Positions 37,991-47,818 of a stretch of 64,000 nt of DNA are shown piece by piece. Made by a program: the position numbers and the translations under genes. How positions within the stretch are numbered: the first letter of the stretch is position 1; each line of letters begins with the position of its first letter. The DNA comes from Myxococcota bacterium (lineage in GTDB: Bacteria; Myxococcota_A; UBA9160; UBA4427), in contig JAQWRT010000033.1 in assembly GCA_029243605.1 (NCBI GenBank), positions 1,147 to 65,146 on the forward strand, read 5' to 3'. The notes beneath the pieces are model-generated. The model saw only the letters and a program-made list of their open reading frames with translations, was not told where the DNA came from and made no database searches.

Positions 37991-38779
37991 ATGGCGCGAA
38001 ACCTCTCAGACGTGCTCCACTATTTTGGTCCCGAGTTGGCCGAAGCCGAGGCCCAGGTGCGGCCGGCCGAGGACGCGCCCCGGGCCGAGGCTCCGGCCTG
38101 CCGGATCATCGGTGTCCCCATTGGCAGCCGGGACGTCGTCCGGGCGGCGTTCGCCTGGAATATCGCGGTGGAGGTGGTCCGGCTCGGAGGTCGAGCAACG
38201 ATCCTCTGCCCGGACGAGACGAGCCCTTCACCGCTCTGGCCCCAGGCCAGCACCGGCCCACTGGGGGTGGCACTGCGCCCGAGCCTGGCCCAAAACCTCG
38301 ACGAACTCCTCGCCAGTGCCCAGGATTGGGCCGCCAACACCGCCCACAAAAGCGAGAGCGACCTTCTCCTCGTCCGAATTCCCCCCGAGTGGATCAGCGC
38401 AGCCGTTGCCCCCTCCCCACTCCTCGATTGGGTCCTCCTCTTCACATCCTCCGAAGAAGCCAACCTCCAGGAAGCCCTCGCGCTCACCCGCAATGTCGTC
38501 GACCGTCACCCCGGGGCAAGGGTCGGCATCACGATTCACGGAGCCCAAAGCCGAGAGGAAGCCGAGACCGCCTTCGGCAACCTGGCCCGGGCCTCGCGCG
38601 AGAAAACAGGGCGTGATGTCCGCAGCTACGGCCTGCTGGTCGACGATCTCGATGTCTACCGAGCGATCGTCGCCCAACGCCCCATCGGCCTAGCCCATCC
38701 ACAGTCTCCAGCCGCGCGTGCCCTCCGCGATGTCGCCGAACTTCTACTCGGGGACATCGAGGAAGACGCCCGTGGTTGA
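37991..38779 (+). CDS. Degenerate MinD/FlhG-like protein lacking Walker A
   Basis: AWNIAVEVVRLGGRATIL; C-terminal YGLLVDDLDVYRAIVAQRP..HPQSPAARAL; no GKT/S. Confidence 0.65.
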   Translation: MARNLSDVLHYFGPELAEAEAQVRPAEDAPRAEAPACRIIGVPIGSRDVVRAAFAWNIAVEVVRLGGRATILCPDETSPSPLWPQASTGPLGVALRPSLAQNLDELLASAQDWAANTAHKSESDLLLVRIPPEWISAAVAPSPLLDWVLLFTSSEEANLQEALALTRNVVDRHPGARVGITIHGAQSREEAETAFGNLARASREKTGRDVRSYGLLVDDLDVYRAIVAQRPIGLAHPQSPAARALRDVAELLLGDIEEDARG

Positions 38780-39383
38780 ATTCGCAAGAATCCCGCCGGG
38801 TTCGGCCAAGGCCATCCGGGCCGAGGCTCGCGAGCAATTGGGACAGCTGGGCCAAGGGCTCCGGGTCATCGCCGAGGACGTGATGGGCCTCACCTCCTCC
38901 ATCGATCTGCTCGCCGTAGACCCAGACGGGGGCCTGGTGGCCATACTCATCGCCAGTGAGCCCGACCAGGAGCCCGCCCTGCTCGGCCGGGGGATCGCGC
39001 ACAGGGCATGGGCCGACCAGCGGGCCAAGGATTGGTGCACCCTCGCCCCGGAACTCGCCATCGCATGGGATCGGCCCGCGCGCTGCATCCTCCTGGCCCC
39101 AGATTTTGGAGAGGAGACCCGGCTGGCGGCCCGCACCCTGGGCTCGGACACCGTCCTCCTGGTCCGCTATCTCGCCCTGCGCGCCGGAAAGGAGACCGGG
39201 CTGCTCCTCGAACCCCTGGCACACTTGCCCGAGCCCGGGAGGGCGGCCCCATCGGAGCCGACGATCAAGCCCCTCCCCCGGTCCCCGACCCAGGAAATGG
39301 ACCCACTGCCCGAGTTTCGCAGCAAGCTCGCCGATCGCGACCTACGCACCCAGAGGGCCCCTACGCCTCTCCCTGCGGGGTAA
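38772..39383 (+). CDS. NucS/PD-(D/E)xK-fold-like protein, apparently inactive
   Basis: IDLLAVDPDGGLVAIL lacks ExK; RCILLAPDF; overlaps upstream gene. Confidence 0.55.
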   Translation: MVEFARIPPGSAKAIRAEAREQLGQLGQGLRVIAEDVMGLTSSIDLLAVDPDGGLVAILIASEPDQEPALLGRGIAHRAWADQRAKDWCTLAPELAIAWDRPARCILLAPDFGEETRLAARTLGSDTVLLVRYLALRAGKETGLLLEPLAHLPEPGRAAPSEPTIKPLPRSPTQEMDPLPEFRSKLADRDLRTQRAPTPLPAG

Positions 39384-39553
39384 TTAACCCAGCTCACGCG
39401 ACCCGGGGATCTTGAGAGATTTTTCGGGGTTTTCCACATATTTTTGACACCTCCGAGACTATCCCGGCCACATCACTAGGAGAGGAACTGCGCCGCTCAG
39501 GCAATGCAGGGAATCCACTGGGAACTGAATCTGGGAATTCAGGGGGATATGGC

Positions 39554-40210
39554 ATGCGAAATCCGGAAAATGAAGGAATAGGAACCGGGAGAGCGACTGG
39601 GACGGCAAAAACTCTCGCCGGTCACCCGCACCGCGGCGCTCCCGCAACGCATTCGAGGGCCGACTCGCCCGACGAAATCAGTGATCGCGAGATCATCGAC
39701 CGCGTGAGCAAGGGCGATCGCGAAGCGTTTGAGCTTCTCTACGAGCGCTATTTCACCCGTATCTACCGCTTTATCGCGCGTCGCATGGGCGTCCGCGCAG
39801 ACGTCGAGGAGACCACCCAAGAGGTCTTCATCGCGGTCTTTTCGAGTCTCGATTCTTTTCGCGGCGAGGCTCCGTTTTCCGCCTGGATCTACGGCGTAAC
39901 CCGACGAGTCATCGCGAGTCGCTTCAAGCGCAAGCGCCACCCCATGGTGCCGCTGCTCGAAGAAGACTCCGAAAGCAACACCGCACACGCCAGCACGCGA
40001 CCAACCCCCCTCGAAGAGTACGAATGCCAGGAGCGCATCGAAGAACTGACGGCGGCGGCTGAAAAATTGAGCGATGAACAAAAGGAACTCTTCCGCCTGC
40101 ATCACATCGACGACCACTCCATCAGCGAGATCGCGATCCGCATGAGCAAGAGCGAGGACGCGGTCAAGTCGAACCTCTACCGCGCACGAAAGGTTCTGCT
40201 CCCGCGCTGA
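39554..40210 (+). CDS. ECF sigma-70 factor
   Basis: GDREAFELLYERY, QEVF, FSAWIY, SISEIA...VKSNLYRAR. Confidence 0.93.
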   Translation: MRNPENEGIGTGRATGTAKTLAGHPHRGAPATHSRADSPDEISDREIIDRVSKGDREAFELLYERYFTRIYRFIARRMGVRADVEETTQEVFIAVFSSLDSFRGEAPFSAWIYGVTRRVIASRFKRKRHPMVPLLEEDSESNTAHASTRPTPLEEYECQERIEELTAAAEKLSDEQKELFRLHHIDDHSISEIAIRMSKSEDAVKSNLYRARKVLLPR

Positions 40211-40315
40211 ATCGGCGTTCTCGGCGGATTTCCACCGGGTTCTGCGGCGAAACCCAGACTCTCACCGACCCTGGGTCCCTGAGACTCCGGGGAGTCGCTG
40301 CTATCCTGCGCGCCC

Positions 40316-40921
40316 ATGTCTTCTCCCAAGCCTCCCACGCCCCCAAGTCGAGCGCCGCTCTCCACCGCCTTGATCGCCCTGGTAGGCTCCGAAGCCCAGG
40401 GCAGTAGCCAGCGCCTGGAATTCACGGCCCGGGGTGAGCGGGTGCCCGCGCGCTGGCTCCGCCCTATCGCTCAGGCCGGTAGCCCCCTGCCCCTGGCGAT
40501 CGTCGTTCACGACGAGAGCGAGACGACTCACCAACCCACCCTGGCGGGCTACCACGCCGAGGCCGTGGCCACCCTGGACATGAACTGGCCGCTGACCGGA
40601 TCGCGACGCAGTCCAAAGATGAGCCTCCGCCTACTGGAGGCCCTCGCGTCGCCGGGGGAGAGTCCGGTGCACAAACTCCTGCTCGAACAATTCCGCGCCC
40701 AGGCTCTGGAGGAGTTCGCCTGCCTTCTCGAATCCGCTCAGAGCCTGGCGGTTTCAGAGATCAGACACGTTGATTTCATCCTGGCCCCCGCGCGAGAGCG
40801 AAACCCGGACGCGGCCCAGCCCCTCTTCGCCCGCCTCTCGGAGCCCAGGCATTCCCAGGGGATTTCTGCCGCAGCAGCGCCCGAGAGGCTCCGGGATTTC
40901 CTCGACGATTTGCTCCCCTGA
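40316..40921 (+). CDS. Hypothetical protein (partial alpha/beta-hydrolase-like)
   Basis: RLEFTARGERVPA, PLAIVVH, WPLTGSRRSPK. Confidence 0.55.
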   Translation: MSSPKPPTPPSRAPLSTALIALVGSEAQGSSQRLEFTARGERVPARWLRPIAQAGSPLPLAIVVHDESETTHQPTLAGYHAEAVATLDMNWPLTGSRRSPKMSLRLLEALASPGESPVHKLLLEQFRAQALEEFACLLESAQSLAVSEIRHVDFILAPARERNPDAAQPLFARLSEPRHSQGISAAAAPERLRDFLDDLLP

Positions 40922-40986
40922 ACGAGCTATCCGTTCCCTGAGAGCGCGGCTACCATTCGCCCAAACCGGTTAGGAAGGAAACCATC

Positions 40987-42045
40987 ATGCAGGCGCCTCT
41001 GAAACACAACATCGAGTCCAGAAAATTCACCCTGGGGTTCGCCCTGCTACTCGGCTTGATCGCCGCCCTGGCCTGCGCGAACCCGGGAGAAGGAGGCAGC
41101 GACAACACGCCTTCCGTGGCGCAGCTCGACGGTGAACCCATCACCCTCGGCGCCGTGGACGACCGGATCAAGGGTGAACTCTTCGCCGAAAAATTTCCTG
41201 CCGGCCGGGGAGATTCCGCGCTCTATTCCGCCAGGCGTGATGCGATTATTGCCATCGTCGACGAAAGGCTACTGACCCAAAACGCCGAGGCCGCCAACCT
41301 CAGCCCCGAGGACTGGATGAGTGCACAACTCGCGGAACTCCCGCCGGTCACCGACGCCGACGTCCAAGCTTTCTTCGCCGAGAACCAGGAACGCTTCCCA
41401 CCCGAAGCCACCCTCGGAGCTCTCTCCGGCCCGATCCGCGAATATCTCGCGCAAAAAAACCAGGAGGGGGTTCGCACCAAGCTGCGCGAGGAAGCCTCGC
41501 TCGAAATTTCGCTTCCCCGGGACAGGGCACCCGTAGCGGCGGTTGGGCCCGCTCTGGGTCCGGAGACCGCGGCCGTCACCATCATCGAGTTCAGCGATTT
41601 CCAATGCCCCTACTGCGCCCGAGTCGCCCCCACCGTCCGTGAAATCGCCGACCGCTACCCCGAGGATGTACGGGTCGTCTTCCGTCACCTCCCCCTGAGC
41701 TTCCATGACCAGGCTCGGGGCGCGGCCTACGCGTCGATCTGTGCTGGAGAACAAAATAAGTTCTGGGAATACCACGACCTGCTTTTTGCCAATCAGCGAG
41801 CGCTCCAGGAGGAGCAACTGATGGGTTATGCCGAGACCCTGGAGCTGGACATGACAAGCTTCAAGACCTGCATGGTGGCCCCCGAAACCGAAGCTCTCGT
41901 GGCCGCCGACGTCGAAGCCGCCGGCAAGGTGGGCGCGACCGGGACCCCTGCGTTCTTCGTCAACGGCGTCTTCATCAGCGGAGCCCAGCCCATCGAAGTT
42001 TTCGAGGGCATGATCCAGGAAGAACTCACGGGCGCCGGGGGCTGA
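40987..42045 (+). CDS. DsbA-family thioredoxin lipoprotein
   Basis: Lipobox LAC; EFSDFQCPYC, FRHLPL, GTPAFFVNG. Confidence 0.92.
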   Translation: MQAPLKHNIESRKFTLGFALLLGLIAALACANPGEGGSDNTPSVAQLDGEPITLGAVDDRIKGELFAEKFPAGRGDSALYSARRDAIIAIVDERLLTQNAEAANLSPEDWMSAQLAELPPVTDADVQAFFAENQERFPPEATLGALSGPIREYLAQKNQEGVRTKLREEASLEISLPRDRAPVAAVGPALGPETAAVTIIEFSDFQCPYCARVAPTVREIADRYPEDVRVVFRHLPLSFHDQARGAAYASICAGEQNKFWEYHDLLFANQRALQEEQLMGYAETLELDMTSFKTCMVAPETEALVAADVEAAGKVGATGTPAFFVNGVFISGAQPIEVFEGMIQEELTGAGG

Positions 42046-42053
42046 CCCGGCGC

Positions 42054-43397
42054 TCAGGCGCCGATTTTCTCGACCTGGTCGAGGATGCGATCCCGCTCCT
42101 CGACCATCTTGGCCTCGCTCTCTGCTTCCAGGTTCAACCGGAGCACCGGCTCGGTATTCGAGGGGCGAAGGTTGAACCACCAATCGGAATAGCCGACGAG
42201 AAGGCCATCGAGCTTGGATACCGTCGGTGCGCCGGCATGCTCCGCTTCCATGGCTCCCAGAACCGCCGCGGTATCCCTCACTCGGCGGTTGATTTCCCCG
42301 CTGGCATGGTAGCGCCGCAGGGGGGCGACAATCTCGGAGAGCGGGCGTCCCTCCACCGCCAGAACATCGAGCAGCGCCACGAAGGTCGCAATGGCATCGT
42401 CGGCGATCAGGTCGTTGTCGAACCGAAAATACGTGTGTCCCGAGAGTTCGCCGGCGAAAATTGCCCCGGACTCCCGCATATGCGCTTTGACGAACGAATG
42501 GCCGACCCGGCACATCTCGGCCCGACCGCCGGCTTGCTCGATTTCCTCGGCGACCGCCCGGCTCGAACGAAGATCGTATAGGACCAAGCCACCGGGGTTG
42601 CGAGCGAGTTGATAGCGAGCGAGGAGCCCGGTCATCAGGTCCGACGCCACCGGACGCCCCTGTTCATCGACAAAGACCGCGCGGTCCGCATCCCCGTCGA
42701 AAGCAACCCCAAAGTCCGCGCCCACCCGACGAACCGCCTCGGAGACGTCCGAAAGATTCTCGACCTTCAGGGGGTCCGCTTCATGGTTGGGAAAGGTTCC
42801 GTCCGGTTCAAAATAGAGACGCTCAACCTCGATCTTCAAGGCCTCGAGCACGGGCTCGAGGCCCACGCTCGCCATACCGTTACCGCAGTCGATGGCGGCC
42901 CGAACCGCCGGGCGACCGGTGCCCACCGAAAGAGCCTGCTCGGCATAGCCCCCGCGGACGTCCCGCTCCACAACGCTTCCTCGAGGCGAGACCGGGGGGG
43001 CGTCAGCGCACGCCTGGACCAGTGCTTCGATCTCTTTGAGGCCACTCGCCTCACCGATGGGGATCGCCTTCTCACGGCAAATCTTGAAGCCGTTGTACTC
43101 ACCCGGGTTGTGGGAGGCGGTCACCATCACCCCGCCACCGGCGCCGGTTTCGGCCACGGCGAAATACATCATGGGGGTGGCAGCGAGCCCCAGATCGATC
43201 ACCGAAACGCCCTCGTCCGTGATGCCTCGTACTAGCGCCTGGCACAATTCGGGTGAGTGCGAGCGGGCATCTCGGCCCACCACGAGGCTCTCCGCTCCCA
43301 CAAAACGAGCCGTCGCCCGCCCGATTCCATAGGCGATTTCGGCGTTCAACTCGTCGGGGACAACCCCCCGGATATCATAGGCTTTGAAGATTGCCAC
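42054..43397 (-). CDS. Phosphomannomutase/phosphoglucomutase
   Basis: FKAYDIRG, TASHNP, FDGDADR, GELSGH, RPSNTEP. Confidence 0.95.
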   Translation of the reverse strand: MAIFKAYDIRGVVPDELNAEIAYGIGRATARFVGAESLVVGRDARSHSPELCQALVRGITDEGVSVIDLGLAATPMMYFAVAETGAGGGVMVTASHNPGEYNGFKICREKAIPIGEASGLKEIEALVQACADAPPVSPRGSVVERDVRGGYAEQALSVGTGRPAVRAAIDCGNGMASVGLEPVLEALKIEVERLYFEPDGTFPNHEADPLKVENLSDVSEAVRRVGADFGVAFDGDADRAVFVDEQGRPVASDLMTGLLARYQLARNPGGLVLYDLRSSRAVAEEIEQAGGRAEMCRVGHSFVKAHMRESGAIFAGELSGHTYFRFDNDLIADDAIATFVALLDVLAVEGRPLSEIVAPLRRYHASGEINRRVRDTAAVLGAMEAEHAGAPTVSKLDGLLVGYSDWWFNLRPSNTEPVLRLNLEAESEAKMVEERDRILDQVEKIGA

Positions 43398-43544
43398 TCC
43401 GGACTCCTCCCTGGGCTCCTCCCTCGGAGCAGCCGGCTTCAAAAATGGGAACCGAACCATCCTACGGCTTGACCCGGCGCCAAGCTAGGGGCACTTTCCC
43501 GCCTGAAGCGGTCGGAGCCTGGAGGCCGTCACGGAGTAATCAGG

Positions 43545-43748
43545 ATGTTTGGACTCGGCGCCACAGAACTCGGGATCATTCTCGTCATCGTCGTCATTCT
43601 CTTCGGCGCGCGAAGGCTCCCCGAAATCGGCTCGGGGGTGGGCAAAGCCATCAAGAATTTCAAGGCAGGCGTTTCCGGGGACGACCAAATCGACGTCACC
43701 CCAGGAAAAGACGACAGCGCCGACGAGACCAACGACAAGCGCAGCTAG
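43545..43748 (+). CDS. tatA: Twin-arginine translocase subunit TatA/E
   Basis: [22 protein letters not shown]. Confidence 0.95.
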   Translation: MFGLGATELGIILVIVVILFGARRLPEIGSGVGKAIKNFKAGVSGDDQIDVTPGKDDSADETNDKRS

Positions 43749-43769
43749 ACCGGGACACCGCCCCGAAGA

Positions 43770-44702
43770 TCACTCGGTTTCGAGGACTTCGGCGGAGGAG
43801 TCCAGGCTCAACGCGAAGCGAGCCGCCTCGGCGGAGGGTCGCGAGAAAATCGCCTGAATCGCGATCGCTTCGCCCGCGCCAATTTCGAGAACACCGAGCG
43901 CCTGGGAGGCACGCTCTTGGGCCGCTTCGAGGGCCTTCGGCGGCAACTCCCGGACTTCGCTCTCTCGAATACGCAGGCCCATGAGCGCCGCTGGAGAGGC
44001 CAAGCGACGGCCTTCGGAATCCTCGAGGGAGACTCGAATCCGGGCGCCCAAGCTCTCGGACTGGGCCGAGGGGTTGCGAAGTTCACCGGTGACCGCGAGC
44101 AGGGTTCTTCCCGACATCGTGTCCACCCATTCGGCGTGGAGTCCTTCCGCTCGCAACCCACCGAGCGCGAATGTTGGCTGCGCCGCTCCCACAGAATCCG
44201 CGGTTTCTCGCACGAAGCTGAAAGCGATGAGGGCGATCATTCCGAGGGTGGCTGCCCAACCCAGGGTCCGCCCCAGGGTGCCCAGCCAGGCGCGAACCCG
44301 AACCGATTCCGAAGTGGGTGCCGAGCGGGCACGATGGGCGCCCGCCGGCACAGATTCCAGGGCAATGGCGCCGATGGCCACCTTGGCATCCGAATCCGTG
44401 GCCGAACCGGCGACCGGCCGCCTCTGGGAACTCGAGGGGCCGTGGCCCTGGGCTGGGGGGGGGTCGGCCTCCACCTCATCCGCGCCCCCCAGAAATTCGG
44501 CTCCTAGATCCGAGAAATCATCCTCGCCGGCGGAGGGGATCTCGACCCGCTCCTGCTCGGGGGCTGAGGGCGCCGACGCCGAAGGCGCATCGACCTGAAA
44601 AACGTGCTCGCATGCGGAGCAACGCACGCGAACCCCGTCTTCGGGCACACGAGAATCGTCGAGTTGAAAGCGCGTCTCGCAATTCTGGCAGGTGACGATC
44701 AA
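43770..44702 (-). CDS. MJ0042-type zinc-ribbon membrane protein (DUF3426-like)
   Basis: IVTCQNCETRF...VRCSACEHVF, linker, TM, VTGELRN domain. Confidence 0.85.
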   Translation of the reverse strand: MIVTCQNCETRFQLDDSRVPEDGVRVRCSACEHVFQVDAPSASAPSAPEQERVEIPSAGEDDFSDLGAEFLGGADEVEADPPPAQGHGPSSSQRRPVAGSATDSDAKVAIGAIALESVPAGAHRARSAPTSESVRVRAWLGTLGRTLGWAATLGMIALIAFSFVRETADSVGAAQPTFALGGLRAEGLHAEWVDTMSGRTLLAVTGELRNPSAQSESLGARIRVSLEDSEGRRLASPAALMGLRIRESEVRELPPKALEAAQERASQALGVLEIGAGEAIAIQAIFSRPSAEAARFALSLDSSAEVLETE

Positions 44703-44836
44703 AGAGCCATCCCCAACACCTCGCGGCAGGCGAGCGTCATCATGCTAGCCCGGCCCGGCCACCCACCGCGAATCGGGAGGAGGAGATTGAGCCGGCCAGC
44801 CTGCGCCGAGGCCTGCGAGGGAGTACCTTGCAGGTC

Positions 44837-45328
44837 ATGGATCGGAACCGAAAAGTCCCCCAGCGCACGCCCCCGGATACCCTGGAAGAGGCTCTAGGGC
44901 AGAGCCTCGAGCACGCACGCGCTTCCGCCTCGGAAGCCCTCATGGCCGCCCGACTCTTGCTCGACGCGCTCTCGATCCTCCTCGCCAATGAGCCCGTGGT
45001 CCGGCACGCCGAGCACAACTCGCCCATCGGCTACCTCGCCAGTTCCATCGAGCGCTGGGCGAGTTCGCTCCGGCCTCCAGAAAACCGACCCAACTCTCCT
45101 GACTTTCCCGCGGTTCTCGGCGCCGTCGAGCAGGAGATCGAGCGCTGGGCCGGCCGAGCCCAAGATGATGCCGATGCGCGTACCGTGCTTCACGCCTTCC
45201 TGGGGATGCGAGAGATCTTGTGGGAATTGGACGCGGCCCCGGCAAAGCGGACCGTCCGTAACCCTGCCCGAAGCGCCCGCGCATCCAGGGTCTCCCGGAA
45301 GACCGCCGCGGGTGGCTTCAATCCGTGA
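44837..45328 (+). CDS. Hypothetical helical protein
   Basis: Fills gap between genes; EIERWAGRAQDDADARTVLHAFLGMREILWE. Confidence 0.65.
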   Translation: MDRNRKVPQRTPPDTLEEALGQSLEHARASASEALMAARLLLDALSILLANEPVVRHAEHNSPIGYLASSIERWASSLRPPENRPNSPDFPAVLGAVEQEIERWAGRAQDDADARTVLHAFLGMREILWELDAAPAKRTVRNPARSARASRVSRKTAAGGFNP

Positions 45329-45498
45329 GACCGGCGAAGACCCCGGTCTCAGGCCCGCAGCCGAATCGCCCTGAAACTCGCGTGTCGAACCCGTAGAGGC
45401 GCCTGGCGCCGCGCTCCCTGAGCCTCCCGTGTGCTAGGGTGCCGCTCGCCCCGCAGACTCCTCCCGGGCCATTCCCCTCAACCATGAGCGAGCCGACG

Positions 45499-46137
45499 AT
45501 GGCGATCCTGATCAAGCGCTATGCGAACCGGAAGCTCTACAACACCCAGAGCAGCCGCTACATCACGCTGAAGGGAATCGCCGAACTTCTCGATGCCGGC
45601 GAGGAAGTCCGGGTCATCGACAAGCAGACCGGGGAAGACATCACCTCGGTGGCGCTCTCCCAGATCCTAGTCGATAGCAAGCGCTCGAATACCCAACCCC
45701 CGGACACCCTCCTGACCCAGATCCTGGGGCGCGGGGGCGACGCCCTCTACGACGCCCTGCGCAAGGGCGTCGACGATGCCAGCGAGGGCATCGGCGATCT
45801 GCAAGAACGCATGCGGCGCATGGTAGGCACCAGCGATGAGGCCCAGGCTTCGCCGGACGAGGACGATGAGTTCGAAGCGGACGAGGCCGCAGAACCCCAG
45901 GCCTCGACGAAAAAACAGGGCTTCTTCCAGGCGCCCCCGGAATTGGATGATCTCGTCCAGAACGCGGTGGAGCGCGTCTTCCGGCTCCTCGACCTTCCTC
46001 GCCGATCGGATGTCGAATCCCTCAACCAGAACCTCGAACGGGTGGCCGGCGCCGTCGAAGCCCTCGAAGAGGCCTTCGCCGAACGGACCGGCGGCGAAAG
46101 CGATGACGAGACCGAGGACTCCGAAGAATCTCCCTAA
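45499..46137 (+). CDS. PhaR-like polyhydroxyalkanoate regulator with phasin-like C-terminus
   Basis: IKRYANRKLYNTQSSRYITL...TGEDIT; C-terminal LDLPRRSDVESLNQNLERV. Confidence 0.85.
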   Translation: MAILIKRYANRKLYNTQSSRYITLKGIAELLDAGEEVRVIDKQTGEDITSVALSQILVDSKRSNTQPPDTLLTQILGRGGDALYDALRKGVDDASEGIGDLQERMRRMVGTSDEAQASPDEDDEFEADEAAEPQASTKKQGFFQAPPELDDLVQNAVERVFRLLDLPRRSDVESLNQNLERVAGAVEALEEAFAERTGGESDDETEDSEESP

Positions 46138-46239
46138 CGGCCCGACGGCTCAATTCCCGTTGAGTTCTCGCGCCCACCCAGGGGCATCCCTTGCTCGCGG
46201 CGTCCGCTTAAGCGCGCGCTGCCCAACAGAGGAAAAAAC

Positions 46240-47037
46240 ATGTCTGCCGTACTCATCGAAAGAGACGCTCACACCCTGATCGTCACCCTCAACCGCCCGG
46301 AGAAGAAGAACGCGGTCAACTGCGAGGTGATGTGTCGCCTCTATGACGCCTGGCGCGAACTCGACCGGGACGACGACCTGCGGGTGGGGATCCTCACGGG
46401 CAATGGCGACACTTTCTGCGCCGGCATGGACCTCTCGGAAATCCCCAAGCTTCGAACCGGGAAGCCCGAGAATGAATTCATGGAACGCGTCATGAGCGAG
46501 CCGGCGGTGATCTACGGCTGCTGGCTGAAGACCGACCGCCCCTCCAAGCCCGTGATCCTCGCCGCCGAGGGATTCGCCCGAGCCGGCGGCACCGAAATCC
46601 TCCAGGGAACCGATATCCGAGTGGCCGGCAAGAGCGCGCTCTTCGGGGTGACCGAGGTTCAGCGCGGTCTCTTCCCCATGGCGGGTTCGGCGGTCAGGCT
46701 GCGACGCCAGATCGGCTATGCGGTGGCCGCGGAGATGCTTCTTGCCGGGGAGGACCTACCCGCCACCCGGGCTTTCGAACTCGGATTGATCAACCACGTG
46801 GTCGAGGACGGACAGGCCCTCACCAAGGCTCGTGAGATCGCGCAGCGCATCTCGGCCAACGGCCCCCTCGCCGTGCGCGGCATCCTGGCCACCCTTCGAG
46901 AGACCGAGACCCTGAGCGAAGAGGACGCTTTCCCCATCGAGCAGCAACACGGACTCAAGGTAATGGCGTCCAAGGATGCCATTGAGGGCCCGCGCGCCTT
47001 CCTCGAAAAGCGACCGCCCAATTTTACGGGGGAATAA
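46240..47037 (+). CDS. Enoyl-CoA hydratase/isomerase
   Basis: LNRPEKKNA, FCAGMDL, AGGTE, AFLEKRPPNF. Confidence 0.93.
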   Translation: MSAVLIERDAHTLIVTLNRPEKKNAVNCEVMCRLYDAWRELDRDDDLRVGILTGNGDTFCAGMDLSEIPKLRTGKPENEFMERVMSEPAVIYGCWLKTDRPSKPVILAAEGFARAGGTEILQGTDIRVAGKSALFGVTEVQRGLFPMAGSAVRLRRQIGYAVAAEMLLAGEDLPATRAFELGLINHVVEDGQALTKAREIAQRISANGPLAVRGILATLRETETLSEEDAFPIEQQHGLKVMASKDAIEGPRAFLEKRPPNFTGE

Positions 47038-47078
47038 CCCGGCTCTGGGCCTGAGGCGGTCTCGCCTCGAAAACCCGG

Positions 47079-47693
47079 CTAGCCCGAGCGTTCGTCCATC
47101 ACGCGTTCCACCGTGTTCACGATGGCCACTGTGCGTGAATCCAACTCGACGTTGACCCGATCCCCCGGCCTCTTGGCCCCCAGGCGTGTCAGGCGCAGAG
47201 TCTCGGGGATCAGGTGCACGGCAAAGGAGCCGTCGCGATCCGCGTCACAAACCGTCAAGCTCGAACCGTTCACCGCAATGAAGCCCTTATCGAGCACATA
47301 TTTCATCCAGTTCTCGGAAATGCCAATGCGGAGCACGAAGACGTTCTCCTGGTCCTGAACTTCCAGAACCTCGCCCATCCCGATCACATGGCCCGCAACA
47401 TCGTGCCCACCGATCTCGTCCCCCACCCTCGCACTCCGTTCGACGGCGACCTGATCGCCCAACTCGAGAGTTCCCAGGGTCGTGCGATCGAGGGTCTCTC
47501 GAATCGCATCGAATGCAACCCGGTTGTCCTCCACGGAAACCACGGTTTGGCAGACCCCATCGATGGAAACGCTCGCTCCGATCTCGAGCCCTGCCACCCG
47601 CTCGGGATCCAGCAAGACTTCGTAGCTCAGCAGGTTCGCCTGACGGCGAACTCCAATGACCTCGTAGGTCCCCTGCATGATCCCGGTATACAT
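47079..47693 (-). CDS. ribE: Riboflavin synthase (alpha chain)
   Basis: MYTGI, DGVCQTV, GGHDVAGHV, KGFIAVNGSSLT, LIPETL. Confidence 0.93.
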   Translation of the reverse strand: MYTGIMQGTYEVIGVRRQANLLSYEVLLDPERVAGLEIGASVSIDGVCQTVVSVEDNRVAFDAIRETLDRTTLGTLELGDQVAVERSARVGDEIGGHDVAGHVIGMGEVLEVQDQENVFVLRIGISENWMKYVLDKGFIAVNGSSLTVCDADRDGSFAVHLIPETLRLTRLGAKRPGDRVNVELDSRTVAIVNTVERVMDERSG

Positions 47694-47818
47694 CTTTTCT
47701 CCGGAGAGCTCCGTGAGTGGCTTGCCGGCGGCGCCCGCGCGGCTCGACACCAGCCTTCGGAATGTCGCCTTCCGCCTTGGTTTGCGCAAGCGCTGCCGCA
47801 TTCCGCTAGCTTGCCCGG

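Noticed and set aside
39478-39520. Glycine-riboswitch-like words (GGAGAG, CGCCG, CTCAGG)
   Set aside because: GAAGG/P3 segment is missing and the downstream gene is unrelated
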